From assembly GCF_035594765.1 (NCBI RefSeq), contig NC_085841.1, positions 91,869,574 to 91,933,573 on the forward strand: a stretch of 64,000 nucleotides of DNA, in the 5' to 3' direction. Position 1 is the stretch's first letter. Every line of letters begins with the position of its first letter. This document shows positions 62,787-64,000 of this stretch, in pieces. This stretch comes from Anolis carolinensis. Taxonomy: Eukaryota. The notes beneath the pieces are model-generated. The model was not told the origin of the DNA. It saw only the letters and a list, made by a program, of their open reading frames with translations, and did not search any database. The position numbers were made by a program, and so were the translations under genes.

Positions 62787-63635
62787 AATTCTTCATATAT
62801 TATTCTCTCCATCTTTATGGAGGGGTGACTCAGAACTGAATGATCTTAACATTACAGCCTGACATGCATCACATGGATTCAAGTCTTTCTCCACAACTTA
62901 CAAGTAAATCTTTGGAGTAAACTTGGCCTGTTCTTCTAGACAGTACTTCTGAAGTACTTTTTAAGTGACAAGTCCTCTCAGGTACATTGTGCTAAACATA
63001 GTATTGAGTCAAGATGATACAGAGTTTCAAATGTATTTTATCACTACCAAGCGTGGGATCTGCTTAATCATAACTGATAACGTATGCAGAGAATTGAAGG
63101 ATGGAATATATTTTAAGATGATCTTTAAAAGAAGAAGCCTTTGGTAAGGATACTGAAAGCTTCTGTTGAAAAGACAGTATTCTCATCAAAGCTAGTTATA
63201 ACAATGGCTTTTTGACAAGATATTCTCAGCCATCAGTGCCTGTAATGAAGCACAGATTTACAGTCCATCTCCAACATTCAGTATATGCTCAAGCTGTCTA
63301 TCAAATCATTATGCATAATGAAACATCTGCCTTTAAAGCAATTAATGAAAACTCTGGACTGTGTTGCAATGTAGTTATAACATACATTGATACATGTGCT
63401 GATTCTTAAGTGTTTTTAAAATGTAACTGGAATTAATATACTGCGGTTGCATAAGGCCTATCCCATTAGGAACATGTGAAACAGTGCAGAAGTCAGTCCT
63501 GATAGCTGAAAGTATAAACCTCCTTTTGAGAAACACTATGAATCATCTCACATGATAGAGTGATGCATCTGAATATTTGTTGAAAAGTTGTGCACACAGA
63601 AGAATGCAGCGTTCCAATTTTCCAGGGACTCCCTC
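62787..63635 (-). pseudogene. Large exon-like block of the decayed gene
   Basis: Acceptor CTGCCTTTGTGTTCTTTCCAG|G, donor ATT|GTAAGT; all three frames interrupted. Confidence 0.4.
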
Positions 63636-64000
63636 CTGGAAAGAACACAAAGGCAGGACCCTAACAGCAAGACATCAGACGCACACATAAAATGTATATC
63701 TTGCTTTACCTACAAGGTTGCAGAGGTGGCCAGAATATTAGTAAGAGGTTTTACAGGCTCTCTCTACTAAATCTATAGTAAAAAATCCATTCCTCCTCTG
63801 AATCTGGAAGGTGCTGAATTCATTGTGTCTAATTTAGAATGCTTGTGCTCTCCCATGACACACATTTAGCCACACAGAGACCAAGAAAAGATAGGACAGT
63901 ATCCCATGCATGGCACCATACATGGGTGAGAACACAGCGGTTATCTAGTTTAGTGTGTACAACAAATGGATAATTAACTGTTCCTTTTTGCCTATTGATG

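Larger units (their letters stand above)
260..63635 (-). pseudogene. Putative large decayed multi-exon gene (unidentified), probably extending beyond the window
   Basis: Minus-strand pyrimidine-tract+AG acceptors open coding-like blocks at 63635, 49567, 48006, 46431, 42475, 41256, 39786, 38768, 16418, 15647, 15128, 13101 and 9322. GT donors close blocks at 62787, 49441, 41164, 39470, 16255, 15386 and 8207. Most blocks have scattered stops or frameshifts. No homolog recognised. Confidence 0.5.

Noticed and set aside
260-63635. Naming the decayed gene (TEX15, FSIP2, ANKRD31, RAD51AP2, RBM44 and similar large-exon genes were considered)
   Set aside because: No convincing run of identity to any remembered sequence, so the symbol is left empty.

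Overview
AT-rich vertebrate genomic DNA. The repeat set (Sauria SINE, Vingi, CR1 with (ATTCTATG)n tails, L2, L1, RTE, Penelope, many hAT/Harbinger/Tc1-mariner MITEs) points to a squamate, most likely an Anolis lizard (inference). No intact host protein-coding gene, RNA gene or CRISPR array is recognisable, and every long ORF belongs to a transposable element. The unique sequence between repeats contains many minus-strand blocks with canonical splice signals and coding-like but stop- and frameshift-interrupted frames. These suggest a large decayed multi-exon gene spanning the window, which I could not name. Other notable structures: an L1 that keeps its 5'UTR, ORF1, EN and 3' end but lacks the whole RT domain; two same-family cargo-carrying hAT elements; a four-level nested insertion (RTE > CR1 > Harbinger MITE > L2); a Gypsy-type LTR with a small ORF ending in an HMGN-like RRSARLAA motif; and a 42-bp near-perfect inverted repeat. 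Family names come from recalled consensus features, not database searches. Boundaries without a stated TSD are approximate.
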